Below are positions 26,448 to 36,273 of a DNA stretch of 52,956 nucleotides, one piece after another; position 1 is the first letter of the stretch; the number at the start of each line of letters is the position of its first letter. Origin of the DNA: Myxococcota bacterium (GTDB lineage Bacteria > Myxococcota > JACRCW01); assembly GCA_040752415.1 (NCBI GenBank), contig JBFMGU010000042.1, positions 1-52,956 on the forward strand, written 5' to 3'. Below the pieces are notes generated by a model, which was not told where the DNA came from, did no database searches, and worked only from the letters and a program-made list of their open reading frames with translations. The position numbers and the translations under genes are program-made.

Positions 26448-29400
26448 TCAGTTCGTCTGCCGGAAATGCAGGTCGTACTCGCCGGACTGCACCAGCGTCC
26501 CGCGGTCCTGCCCATCCACGACGAGGCAGTAGGTCTCATTCGCCGTCACCGCGTAGCGCAGGCACGCCGGCGACCCGTCGCTGCACGCGTCCAGGGTGAT
26601 GGGCTGCGCGGTGGTACACGGGCCCTGACGCATCTCCACCGCCGCGTCGAATCCCGCCGCCGCGCGGATCTCGTAGGTGGCGTTGGCGGGGGCCACGAAC
26701 TGGTAGAGGTGATCCGGTCCGGGCGTGGAGAGTGCGCGCGCGTTGCCGATGTTGCTGGGGAAGCCGCGCGTGGTGCCATGGAACACCGCTCCCGCACCCG
26801 CAACCAGGGTCAGGTTCTCGGGGCGCTCAAGGCTGGTCCCCGGCGACGCCCGGCGGAAGTAACCGTGGGTCAACACCGTGAAGTCCTCCAGCGTCACCGC
26901 CCCCGACCCGGCCGTCACGTGCAGCGTCCACGACCGGTTCGGCGTGGTGTCCCAGGCCCGCACGCCCGCCGGCTGCAGACCGCGGAAGACCTGCAGCGCG
27001 GAGCAATCCTCGTCGGAGAGATGGATGGCGCGGCGACCACCCGACGGGGTGGCCAACGCACACTGCGAGAGGTCCACCGTGGCGCCGTTGGGCGCATCCA
27101 GCGTGAGTGTCACCGCGGAGAGCGCCGCGTCGTCGCCGGTGAGGATCACGCGCAGGCCCATGCGGTCCAGCACCTGCTGCGCGGGACGGATGTACATGCG
27201 ACGTTGCTCGCCCGGCTCCACGCGCTGCGGCACCACGGAGTCGTCGCCATCCGCGATGAAGATGCCGGGCGGGTTGTTCCGCTCCCACTGCAGCTCCTGC
27301 GAGTGGTCGCCCAGCCCGCCGAGGATCAGCGGGATGGCGGCCCGGTAGGAATGAGAGGAGAGCGCCAGGTCAGGTGCGCCGTCGTTGTCCAGGTCCGCCA
27401 CCACCGGCGCGTTGGCCTCCGGCGGCCCCGCAAAACTGATGGCCGGTGAGAACTCCGTGGCGGAGATGGCCAGTTGGATGCGCCCGTTGGAGTAGAGGTC
27501 CAGCAATCCGTCGCCGTTGAGATCGGCCGCGCCGTAGAGCCCACGGCCGATGTCGTGGGCCTCCCAGACCTGCGGTGCCGTCTGCAGGAACATGCGCCCG
27601 GTGTAGAGGCCGACGACGAGGACGTCGGTATGTCCGTTCTGATCGAAGTCCGCCACCGTGACCACGCCGCCCTCCGAGGTCATCTGCCCCGTCCTGGTGA
27701 CCGTGAAACCGCCGGCGCCGTTGCCGATCAGCTCCACCAACTCAAAGGGAGCCCCCTCAAAGGGACGCAGCATGATGACGAGATCCAGCGTCCCGTCCTG
27801 GTTCAGGTCACCGACGGCCGGAAGGTTCCCACGCTCCTCCGGCAGCTCGGTGTAGACCGGCGCCGCGAACGTCCCGCCGACGGCGTCCCAGAGATACACG
27901 TTGACGCCCCAGGGATTCGCGACGTTGGACGTGTAGAGCCCGTGGGCCACGTCCTGGAAGCCGTCGTTGTTGAAATCCGCCAGGGTGAGCCCACCGCCGT
28001 AGAAACGCTGATCCGCGGCAGGAACGCCAAAGGTGGTGATGGTGAAGGGATCGTTCACGCTGGCCCGCGTCGCCAGCTGCAGCTCTTCGCCCTGCCAGAT
28101 CATGTCGGTGAGCCCGTCGGCGTTGAAATCACCCGCCGCAAACCGCTCCGGACCGGCGCCGAGGTTGGCCCCCAGCTTCCAGCTGTGACCGTCCTGGTTG
28201 TCGAACTCGACGACGCCATCGAGACCCAGCGCCACGAAGTCGGTCAGGTTGTCCTGGTTGATGTCGGCGGCGAGCAGCGCGTTGACCTGGCCGTAGTCCC
28301 CCGGTGTGGGGCGCAGCTCCTGGCGCGGGGTGCTGTGGTTGCCGTCGGCCCTGGTGAGGCCCCAGATGACCGCCTTGCCGGTGCCGGCCAGCGCCAGGTC
28401 CACCGTGTCCAGCGTGCCGTTGTTGTCCACGTCGGCAATGCCAATGCGGCCCCAGGGCAGACCATCCACGTCGTAGGGCCAGATGGTGAACGACCCGGTG
28501 GAATCACCCGCCATGACCTTCAAACAGGACGCGGGCGACCGGGTCATCACGTTGGAGCCCATCACCAGGTCGGGATGCCCGTCACCGGTGAAATCCACGA
28601 TGGGCGCGAGCCGACCGGCAAATCCCGGCGCCGGCGTGTCGATGCGTGCGGCCAGGTTGAGCGTTCCGTCGCCACGGCCGGGGACGAAGATCACCGTGCC
28701 CACGACGCTGGAGTCGTCCAAGGCGGGATTCGCGCTGCACACCACGTCCCTGGCGCCATCCAGGTTCATGTCACCCACCACGCAATCCGAGAGACAGGCC
28801 ACGTCGGGCATCGCGTAGACGTCATGGGCGCCACCGCCGGTACCGTCGCCACGCCACACCACGATGGCGGGCTCCTCTCCCGCGACTCCATACACGCACG
28901 AAGGACCGCGGCCGGACACGTAGTCCATGGCCCCGTCGCGGTTGAGGTCCGCAGCGACGAGGAACAGCCCGCCCGCACTGCCGCTCGCCGGCGGGTCGAT
29001 GGGCAGCAGGCTGCCAAAGGTCCCGTCACCACTCCCCAGGCGCAGCGCCACCCGCGGACCGCTGTCGGAATCGCTGAGCGTCAGCAGGTCGGGGGTGCCG
29101 TCGCGGTTGAAGTCCGCCACCTCGAGGCCAACGAAGTCCCAGTAGGGGTAGGCCAGGTTGGTCAGCACGCTGAAGGTTCCGTCGCCACGGCCCTTGCGGA
29201 TGGCCAGCTGTTGCGTGCCGGCGCCCAGGAAGTCGTTGCGGCCATAGATGAGGTCCTGGTGGCCGTCCATGTCCACGTCGGCGGTGGCCACCACGGTGGC
29301 GGCGAAGCCGGGGAAGTTGATGCGCGTCTCCAGCGTGTTGGCCGCGCCCGTGAAGGGACCGCGGATGACCGAGGTGCCCTCCTGGTACGTGGCCACGGCG

Positions 29401-32400
29401 ACGTCGATGTTCCCGTCCTCGTTGAAGTCCGCGAACGCCACCTCCTGGGGCGCCTCGCCCACCTCGAAGGAAACCGGGGCCAACCACTGCCCCGTGGTGC
29501 GACCACGTCCCTGCTGCGGCGGCAGCAACGGATCCTGGCTGGCCTGCACCGCCACCTTCTCGGCGTGGACGCTGGCAAGGCGCGTGGCCGGCCCAGTGCC
29601 GCGGGTGTCCTCCAGCGTGAGCGTGGCGGCCGGCGCAAACGGCGCGGGCAGCGTTCCGCCGTGGGTCTCGTCGGTGAAACGGGCCAGGAGCTCGCCGTTC
29701 CCGTTGTGCCAGGTGGCGGCCGTACCGCCGGTCCAGGTCAGGTTGCCAAACCACGCCTCGTCAAGCGGCGCGAACGCCTGCGCCACGCCGTCGTCGTTGA
29801 GCATGCTGGTGCGGGTGTAGCGCAGGTTGGAGAGACACCCGCTCTCGTCGGGACAGTCGACCACGACGGGATTGACGCCAAACGCGCGCCGGCCCACACC
29901 GCCACCGGGCGCGGGATTGACGACGGAGAGCTGCTCGTTGGTCTGGTCCTCCGGGAAGATGGCGGCGGTGGAGATGCTCACCCGGATGAGCTCGTCGGTG
30001 GCATTGGGACAGGTGCCGGCGGCGGGCTGCTCGCGGGAGATCACGGTGCCCACGTTGGTGCCAAGCTGGAACACCGCGTTGTCCATCACATCCCGCGCGC
30101 ACACGCTCAGCGCCACCGTCTGCGGGATGGGGAACCCGTCGGTGCCAATGAGCTGGGTGATGCCCCGCGGCTCCAGGCGCGAGATGCTCGGCGTGGGCGC
30201 GTACACCACGAAGAACGCCACGTCCGTGCTGGTCCCGCCGCCCGGCGCCGGCGTGCTGAGGCTGACCACGTAGGTGTCCGCCCGACGGAGCACGGCTTGC
30301 GGCAGGTCCACCACGCAGCTGGTGCCGCAGCTCGCCTGGCAGGTGGCATCACAGCTCCCGTCGGCGGCGCCGGTCTCGCACATGTCTGCGGTCGCCGCGT
30401 CGCCACCGCTGCAGCGGAGCGTGTAGTCACCCACGCTCACTTCCGTGTCCGACGAGAAACCCTGGCCGCGGATGGTGAGCGACTGCGTCACGCCGTCCAG
30501 TCGCGCGGTGAGCGTGCGCGGCTCCAGCACCAGGTTGTCGTCGTCAAGCAGCTCCGGCACCGGGCGCGGGTGGAAGGTTCCCAGCGTCACATTGCGTGCG
30601 AAGGGCCCGGCGCTGTTGCCCGCCTCGTCGCAGAACCTGGCGCACACCAGCTTGGCGCCGGTCTCCGTGCCCAGCGAGATCGTCGACGCGGCCACAAAGG
30701 GCGACCAGCCGGCCCAGCTGGGCGGGTTGCACGCCACGTCGTCACAGGTGCCGTCGGGGTCCACCCAGAGCATCATGTGATCGGCGGTGTCGCCCCGCAC
30801 GTCCACGGAGATGACGTTGTTGTTCACCTCGGAGAGGCCACCGGCCAGGATCACGTCGGAGATCTCCGGCACGCGGCGGTCATAACGGATGGAATCAAAG
30901 AACAACGCGGACCGGTTGCCCGCCGCGTCGACAAGCTGCGCGGAGACGTAGAGGTCCGCCTGGTCCAGTGCGCTCACCAGCGTGATGGCCAACGGGTTGC
31001 CGTCAAACGGCAGCACCTGCCCCGCCTCCACCACCGGCCCGGAGAACACCACCGACTCCGCCGTGGCGCCGACGATGGCGGCGGTCACGACGAGCCCGTT
31101 GGTGGCCAGGCGTCCCCCGGCCAGCTCCAGCGTTCCCGCCGTGGGAGCCACGGTATCCAGCGTGACGCGGTTGCGGCTCTGCAGCGTGGTGGGCGTGACG
31201 TTGCCCGCCAGGTCCATCAGGCAGAGGTAGACGTGGTGCGCGCCCTCCGCGTTGCCCAGCGTCCAGGACACGTCGACATCCGGACTGCTGGGCGCACCCT
31301 GGTACAGCGCCACGTTGCGGCTGCAGGTACCCGAGGTGTCGCTGAGCAGCGCGCCATGGACGCCGGCGGTGGCGTCGGTGGTGCGGTAGCGCACCGCCAC
31401 CTCCCGGGTGCGGGTGGGCGCCAGGTCGGCTTCGCGGTCGCTGGCCCCGACGGGGAAGACCAGCAGCTCACCGTTGTCCAGCGCGGGCGGCGTGACGTCC
31501 ACCACCACCGAGAACGTGAAGGCCGTGGCGGGATTGCCCGCGCGGTCACGACAGGTCACCTCCAGCTGGCGCGTCCCCTCCGTGCCGTCGCCGTCCAGGT
31601 CCACGTCCACCTGCGAGCGGTACGCACCGTCATACAGCGTCTTCGCCACGGTGGTGTCGACGACGGTGAGCAAGAGCTGATCCGCCGCGGTGAGATCGTC
31701 GGTGCATTCCACGCTGGCGGTGGTGCGCCCCTGCGCGTCGGTGATGTATCGCGTGTCGCCGCCGCCGGGCCCCACCGTGCCCGCCACCGCGCGCTGCACC
31801 ACCGGCGGCGTGGCATCCACGGTGATCACCTCCGACGTGGCGTCACTGGTGTTGCCCGCGCCATCCTCGATCCACGCCGTCACGGTGAAGGGACCGGACC
31901 CCTCGGGGAGGTCAATGGTGATCGCACCGAGTGAAGTGCGCAGGCTGGTCTCCCCCACCGGCAGGGCCAGGTCACCACCGAGCACCACCGTGTAGTCCGT
32001 CACCACGTCGTCGGTGGAGGTCAGCAGCACCGGGACGCCCAGCCGCACCGCGCTCCACCCCGTGCCGTCACCCAGGACCAGACCGGGACGGTTGGGACGC
32101 GCGGTGTCGAGCAACACGGCGTTGTCGCTGGGGATGGCGCTGGTGACGTTGCCCGCGCCGTCGCGCGCGCAGAGGTAGAGGCGGCGCAGCCCGTCGCCCG
32201 GCGTGAGGGGGAACACCAGCTGCGAGACGTTGGAGTGCGTGTACGCGGCGGTGGTGCAGGAGATGGCACTCTCCGCCACGGCCAGCCCGGTCACGTCGGA
32301 GCCGGCGTCGCTGACGTCGAGCGTCACGTTCACCAGCGTGCTCGCGGTGGGGGCGCTGGCCGTGCCGTCGTTCAGCTGGAAGACGGTTACCGTGGGCGGC

Positions 32401-34577
32401 GTGGTGTCCACCGTCACGGTGGTGGTGGCAGAAGAGGAACGACCCGCGCGGTCCCGGCAGGTCACCCGCAGCTCGCGCTCACCCTGGGTGGCGTCGGCAT
32501 CCAGATCCACGTCCACCTGCGAGCGGTACCCGGCGTCATAGAGCACCTTTGGAACGGTGAGATCCTCCACCAGGAGTCGCAGCTGGTCGGCGGAAGCCAG
32601 GTCGTCGGTGCACTCGACGGACACCACGCCCTGCAACAGCGCATCCGTGATGTACCGCGTTGTCCCGCCGGCGGGTCCAGGGTTTCCCGCCACGGCGCGG
32701 TGCACCACGGGCGCCGTCAGATCCACGGTGATGGCCGCGGAAGCCACGTCACCCACGTTCCCCGCGCCGTCGACGAGCCAGGCGGTCACGGTGAAGGGCC
32801 CGGAGCCGCTGGCGGGCAGGTCGACGTGGAAGATGCTGCCCAGGAGGGGAACCTCGGTGGGCACCGCGTCTCCGCCCAGCACCACCGCGTAATCCGTGAC
32901 GACGTCATCCGTGCTCGTCACCAGCACCTCCACGGCCGTTGCCGTCTGGCTCCAGCCCGAACCGTCGCCGAGGATCACGCTGGGGCGGCTGGGACGGGCG
33001 GTGTCCAGCACCACGGCGTTGTCGCTGGGGATGGCGGTGGTGACATTGCCCGCGCCGTCACGCGCGCACAGGTAGAGCTGGCGCCGTCCCTCACCGGGCG
33101 TGAGCGGGAACACCAGCTCCGGGACGTTGGAGTACGTGAATGCGGCACTGGCGCAGGAGATCGGGCTCTCCGCAATCGCCAGCCCCGTGACGTCGGAACC
33201 GGCATCACTGACCTCCAGGGCCACATTCAGCAACGCGCTGGCCGTGGGGGCGTTGGCCGTTCCGCCGTTGAGCTGGAAGCGCGCGACGGTGGGCGGGGTG
33301 GCATCCCAGGTCACATCCGCGTGCTTCACCTCGGAGACATTGCCGGAGCGGTCACGCACGCGCACCTTGAAGCGCCGCAATCCCTCCGCGCCCTCCAGCG
33401 CCACCACCACGTCACGCTGGTACGGCTGCCAATCCGTCTCCGCCGGGCTGTCCACGCGCTCACAGCCGGACTCCACGCCGTCGGTCACCGGGCACAGCGC
33501 GGTCACCATCTGCAGCGAGTCCGAGAGCGCGTCGGCGGCCTGGATGACCACCCCCACGGTGGACTGCGCGACGTACGCGGCGCCGCCGTGCACCACCGGG
33601 TCCGCCAGCGTGGGCGCGGTGACGTCGTGGATCACGGTCAGCGTGTCCTCCTCGCTCTCGTGACCGCAGCCGTCCCGGAACTGCGCGTGGATGACGTTCC
33701 GCGTGTTGGGCTGCAGCTCCACCACGTAGCCGTCGGTCTGGAACGTGGTGTACTCCGGCGCCTCCGCCCCTTCCGCCTCCACCCACACCCGACCCGACAC
33801 CGGGAACTCCGCCAGCACCCGGACATCCGCGCTGGTTTCCGAGGTGAGCCAGGTGGTGGCGCCCACGACCTCCACGGAGGTGCCGCCGGGAACGTAGCTG
33901 GGACGCGCGCGCTCCAGCGTGAGGTCGCGGCCATGCTGCTCCGCGCCATCCACCTCGATGACCACGTCCGCACCGCACTGCGCCTGCGCCGCCGGGGCCA
34001 CACCCGTGGCGGGGACCGCATAGCCGGGCTTCTCCACGGTTAGCCGGTAGCGACCCACCGGCGTGTTCGGGAAGTTGAACACCCCGTTGGACACCGTGGT
34101 ACGCAGCACCTGCTGGGTGACCTGGTCCTCCAGGAGCACCACGGCGTCGTCGGGGGAGTCCGCGGCGCTGCCCGGGCCCGTCAGCGTGAGGGCACCGTCC
34201 ACCGCGCCCTGTCCCAGCGTGAGGATCACATCCCCCAGCGAGACGCTGCCGCCGGCGCGCGCCACCACCTTGGTGCTGTAGGGCAGGTACGCGCTCCCCG
34301 ACGCGGTGAGCGTGAGGCCGCCGGTATAGGTCACCTGCAGCGTGTAGACGTCCGGCTCGATGTCGGCGAACTCGAAGTTTCCTTCCGCATCCACGGGCAC
34401 GCCGCCCTCGCCGCGGCCGATGTCGACGCGAACGCGGCTGTAGTCGTTGGCGCCGGGCAGCGCCTCGTTCAACCGAACGCGACCGCTGATGGTGGCGCGC
34501 GTTCCCGACGTGGTGTCAGGACCGGTGCAGCCGAAGGACAACAGGAGCGCGACAACAACGCGTGCGGCGGAGCGCAT
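26448..34577 (-). CDS. Giant lipoprotein, 2709 aa: two carboxypeptidase-regulatory-like domains, Ig-like stalk repeats, FG-GAP/VCBS propeller repeats, P-domain-like and PPC-like C-terminal domains
   Basis: Lipobox MRSAARVVVALLLSFGC with GAGG upstream. Repeated D.TPP...D.AGN Ig units. More than 10 xD(F/L/V)(N/D).DG..D loops (~27350-29480). C-terminal GPDHLYQF...YCLVVDG...GEYDL. Confidence 0.85.
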   Translation of the reverse strand: MRSAARVVVALLLSFGCTGPDTTSGTRATISGRVRLNEALPGANDYSRVRVDIGRGEGGVPVDAEGNFEFADIEPDVYTLQVTYTGGLTLTASGSAYLPYSTKVVARAGGSVSLGDVILTLGQGAVDGALTLTGPGSAADSPDDAVVLLEDQVTQQVLRTTVSNGVFNFPNTPVGRYRLTVEKPGYAVPATGVAPAAQAQCGADVVIEVDGAEQHGRDLTLERARPSYVPGGTSVEVVGATTWLTSETSADVRVLAEFPVSGRVWVEAEGAEAPEYTTFQTDGYVVELQPNTRNVIHAQFRDGCGHESEEDTLTVIHDVTAPTLADPVVHGGAAYVAQSTVGVVIQAADALSDSLQMVTALCPVTDGVESGCERVDSPAETDWQPYQRDVVVALEGAEGLRRFKVRVRDRSGNVSEVKHADVTWDATPPTVARFQLNGGTANAPTASALLNVALEVSDAGSDVTGLAIAESPISCASAAFTYSNVPELVFPLTPGEGRRQLYLCARDGAGNVTTAIPSDNAVVLDTARPSRPSVILGDGSGWSQTATAVEVLVTSTDDVVTDYAVVLGGDAVPTEVPLLGSIFHVDLPASGSGPFTVTAWLVDGAGNVGDVASAAITVDLTAPVVHRAVAGNPGPAGGTTRYITDALLQGVVSVECTDDLASADQLRLLVEDLTVPKVLYDAGYRSQVDVDLDADATQGERELRVTCRDRAGRSSSATTTVTVDTTPPTVTVFQLNDGTASAPTASTLVNVTLDVSDAGSDVTGLAVAESAISCTTAAYTHSNVSQLVFPLTPGDGLRRLYLCARDGAGNVTSAIPSDNAVLLDTARPNRPGLVLGDGTGWSAVRLGVPVLLTSTDDVVTDYTVVLGGDLALPVGETSLRTSLGAITIDLPEGSGPFTVTAWIEDGAGNTSDATSEVITVDATPPVVQRAVAGTVGPGGGDTRYITDAQGRTTASVECTDDLTAADQLLLTVVDTTVAKTLYDGAYRSQVDVDLDGDGTEGTRQLEVTCRDRAGNPATAFTFSVVVDVTPPALDNGELLVFPVGASDREADLAPTRTREVAVRYRTTDATAGVHGALLSDTSGTCSRNVALYQGAPSSPDVDVSWTLGNAEGAHHVYLCLMDLAGNVTPTTLQSRNRVTLDTVAPTAGTLELAGGRLATNGLVVTAAIVGATAESVVFSGPVVEAGQVLPFDGNPLAITLVSALDQADLYVSAQLVDAAGNRSALFFDSIRYDRRVPEISDVILAGGLSEVNNNVISVDVRGDTADHMMLWVDPDGTCDDVACNPPSWAGWSPFVAASTISLGTETGAKLVCARFCDEAGNSAGPFARNVTLGTFHPRPVPELLDDDNLVLEPRTLTARLDGVTQSLTIRGQGFSSDTEVSVGDYTLRCSGGDAATADMCETGAADGSCDATCQASCGTSCVVDLPQAVLRRADTYVVSLSTPAPGGGTSTDVAFFVVYAPTPSISRLEPRGITQLIGTDGFPIPQTVALSVCARDVMDNAVFQLGTNVGTVISREQPAAGTCPNATDELIRVSISTAAIFPEDQTNEQLSVVNPAPGGGVGRRAFGVNPVVVDCPDESGCLSNLRYTRTSMLNDDGVAQAFAPLDEAWFGNLTWTGGTAATWHNGNGELLARFTDETHGGTLPAPFAPAATLTLEDTRGTGPATRLASVHAEKVAVQASQDPLLPPQQGRGRTTGQWLAPVSFEVGEAPQEVAFADFNEDGNIDVAVATYQEGTSVIRGPFTGAANTLETRINFPGFAATVVATADVDMDGHQDLIYGRNDFLGAGTQQLAIRKGRGDGTFSVLTNLAYPYWDFVGLEVADFNRDGTPDLLTLSDSDSGPRVALRLGSGDGTFGSLLPIDPPASGSAGGLFLVAADLNRDGAMDYVSGRGPSCVYGVAGEEPAIVVWRGDGTGGGAHDVYAMPDVACLSDCVVGDMNLDGARDVVCSANPALDDSSVVGTVIFVPGRGDGTLNLAARIDTPAPGFAGRLAPIVDFTGDGHPDLVMGSNVMTRSPASCLKVMAGDSTGSFTIWPYDVDGLPWGRIGIADVDNNGTLDTVDLALAGTGKAVIWGLTRADGNHSTPRQELRPTPGDYGQVNALLAADINQDNLTDFVALGLDGVVEFDNQDGHSWKLGANLGAGPERFAAGDFNADGLTDMIWQGEELQLATRASVNDPFTITTFGVPAADQRFYGGGLTLADFNNDGFQDVAHGLYTSNVANPWGVNVYLWDAVGGTFAAPVYTELPEERGNLPAVGDLNQDGTLDLVIMLRPFEGAPFELVELIGNGAGGFTVTRTGQMTSEGGVVTVADFDQNGHTDVLVVGLYTGRMFLQTAPQVWEAHDIGRGLYGAADLNGDGLLDLYSNGRIQLAISATEFSPAISFAGPPEANAPVVADLDNDGAPDLALSSHSYRAAIPLILGGLGDHSQELQWERNNPPGIFIADGDDSVVPQRVEPGEQRRMYIRPAQQVLDRMGLRVILTGDDAALSAVTLTLDAPNGATVDLSQCALATPSGGRRAIHLSDEDCSALQVFRGLQPAGVRAWDTTPNRSWTLHVTAGSGAVTLEDFTVLTHGYFRRASPGTSLERPENLTLVAGAGAVFHGTTRGFPSNIGNARALSTPGPDHLYQFVAPANATYEIRAAAGFDAAVEMRQGPCTTAQPITLDACSDGSPACLRYAVTANETYCLVVDGQDRGTLVQSGEYDLHFRQTN
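31500..33305 (-). repeat. Intragenic tandem duplication (~900-bp unit, 2 copies) in the giant lipoprotein stalk
   Basis: DATPPTVARFQLNGGTANAPTAS...LYLCARDGAGNVTTAIPSDNAVVLDTARP...VECTDDLASADQL versus DTTPPTVTVFQLNDGTASAPTAS...LYLCARDGAGNVTSAIPSDNAVLLDTARP...VECTDDLTAADQL. Boundaries approximate. Confidence 0.85.
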
Positions 34578-35040
34578 GAACGGACCTCGTGAGAGCGGCA
34601 GGGCGCGCAGACGGTAACCGCGAGCCAACGCGCCTGTCCAAGCTACGCACGCCATGCTCCGCCAACGGACCATGTCCGCGCTGTGCCGGGAGTCACAGGA
34701 ACCGCAGGTCCTCCACCCCGTGTCAGCCCGAGGCCACGACGGTGTGCGTTGCCTCACGCGCCGCGCCCTTCACGTCGCCGTCCCCGCTGAAGCAGCCCGG
34801 CCTTTGTGCCGTTCCGCACACCCCACGGGGACGCTCGTGGAGACACCCCGGCGCCGCGCCCGCGGGGTGAGGTCACGCTCCTGTCCGCGCCCGCCGCGCA
34901 GCGCCGGTCTGGCTGATCAGCCCCGCGCCCCGTATCTCGACGACAATGCGCCGTGGCGGGACCAACGTACCGCACGTGAAACCGGATTCACGTCGGAGCT
35001 GACGGCGCCGCAGAGCCAACCCAGCAAGGAGACCACGACC

Positions 35041-35229
35041 ATGACGACCGAGACCCAGGCCAGCCCGCAGCCCGCCACCAACCAGCACCGCGACCCCGTC
35101 TGTGGAATGTCCGTGGACGAGCACATGGCGCAGAAGGGCGTGTTCGAGGGCACCACCTACTTCTTCTGCTCCAACCACTGCCGCAAGACCTTTGACCGCG
35201 ACCCCAAGAAGTACACCCAGCCGCAGTGA
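35041..35229 (+). CDS. YHS/TRASH domain metal-binding protein
   Basis: 62 aa: DPVCGMSV...GTTYFFCSNHCRKTFDRDPKKY. SD AAGGAG upstream. Confidence 0.88.
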   Translation: MTTETQASPQPATNQHRDPVCGMSVDEHMAQKGVFEGTTYFFCSNHCRKTFDRDPKKYTQPQ

Positions 35230-35238
35230 TTCCCGTCG

Positions 35239-36114
35239 TCACTCGCGACAGGCGTTGAGGTAGAGGAGCGGCGTGTTGTCGCGGCTGGTGAGGACCCAGG
35301 CGTCGCGCGGATGGCGGGGATTCACGCGCTGGAGCTGGTCCACCGCCACCGCGGCGTAACCCGTGGGCTTTGGCGTGATGCGGAACCGGTAGTACTTCGC
35401 CTCCGACTCGACGGCGCGCGACAACACGCCCTCCTCGTACAGCTCCCGCGTGGTCCCGTAGCGACGGTGCTTGCTGAAGAACGCGCTCTCCGCTTCCGCA
35501 ATGGCGCGCAGGCCTTCCTCCGCCTCGTGCTGCCGCTGGGTGCACGGGATCTGGAAGAGGTTCGGGAGCACCGCCGCCGCCAGCATCCACGAGAAGAAAC
35601 CCACCACCGTCATGGTGCTGGTGAGCCCGGCGGGCGGGGACGTGACGTATTGCCAGGACCCGCGCGACTCCAGGCTCAGGTCCTGCAGGATCCGTCGTCG
35701 GTGGTGGACGGCGCGCGCCTGCCACGCGCGGAACACCGGGCGCGAGCACAAGGCGAACACCGCCAGCCCCGCCACGCCCACCAGCATGCTCCCCACGTTG
35801 GCGACGAGCGGATCCATCTCCGCCACGAGGAAGAGGTGCAGCCCCCAGACCACCATGACCACGGGCGCGGCCACGCCCATCCAGAGCAGCAGCACGTGCA
35901 CCAGGCCAAGCACGGCGTGGAACGCCCAGCGGAGCCACAGCCAGCCCCGTCGCCAGGATGTCACCTCCGTGCCGTGCTCCTGTAACAACGCCGCAACGTC
36001 CAGGAGCGTGGGAGCGGACATGTCCAGCGCGCGCTCCGGCGTCGTGGCGGGCTTGGGAATGGCCGCCGTGGTGGAGGGCCGGGTGGTGCGGAATGTGGGC
36101 CAGCGGAACGCCAC
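35239..36114 (-). CDS. Membrane protein with a C-terminal type IV pilin-like domain
   Basis: Two hydrophobic N-terminal stretches, then MLAAAVLPNL...RQHEAEEGLRAIAEAESAFFSKHRRY...YYRFRI...GYAAVAV...DAWVL, resembling the PilA/PilE alpha1 helix and head. Confidence 0.6.
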   Translation of the reverse strand: MAFRWPTFRTTRPSTTAAIPKPATTPERALDMSAPTLLDVAALLQEHGTEVTSWRRGWLWLRWAFHAVLGLVHVLLLWMGVAAPVVMVVWGLHLFLVAEMDPLVANVGSMLVGVAGLAVFALCSRPVFRAWQARAVHHRRRILQDLSLESRGSWQYVTSPPAGLTSTMTVVGFFSWMLAAAVLPNLFQIPCTQRQHEAEEGLRAIAEAESAFFSKHRRYGTTRELYEEGVLSRAVESEAKYYRFRITPKPTGYAAVAVDQLQRVNPRHPRDAWVLTSRDNTPLLYLNACRE

Positions 36115-36273
36115 GGCTCACCGGAATGACGACGGGAATCCCGCCAGGAGGCACCGAGCGTAGCCCGCGGTTTCTCCGCTGACGAGTGGTGGCGCGGGGT
36201 CGTGCGGCGGGAGGAGGACAGCGCGCGGTTTTGGGTGCATGCTCCCGCAACCCAGGTTGGTGAGGAGCAAACC

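Noticed and set aside
27474..31934. 1486-aa plus-strand ORF
   Set aside because: Antisense shadow of the FG-GAP lipoprotein; Arg/His/Gly-rich composition typical of non-coding frames.
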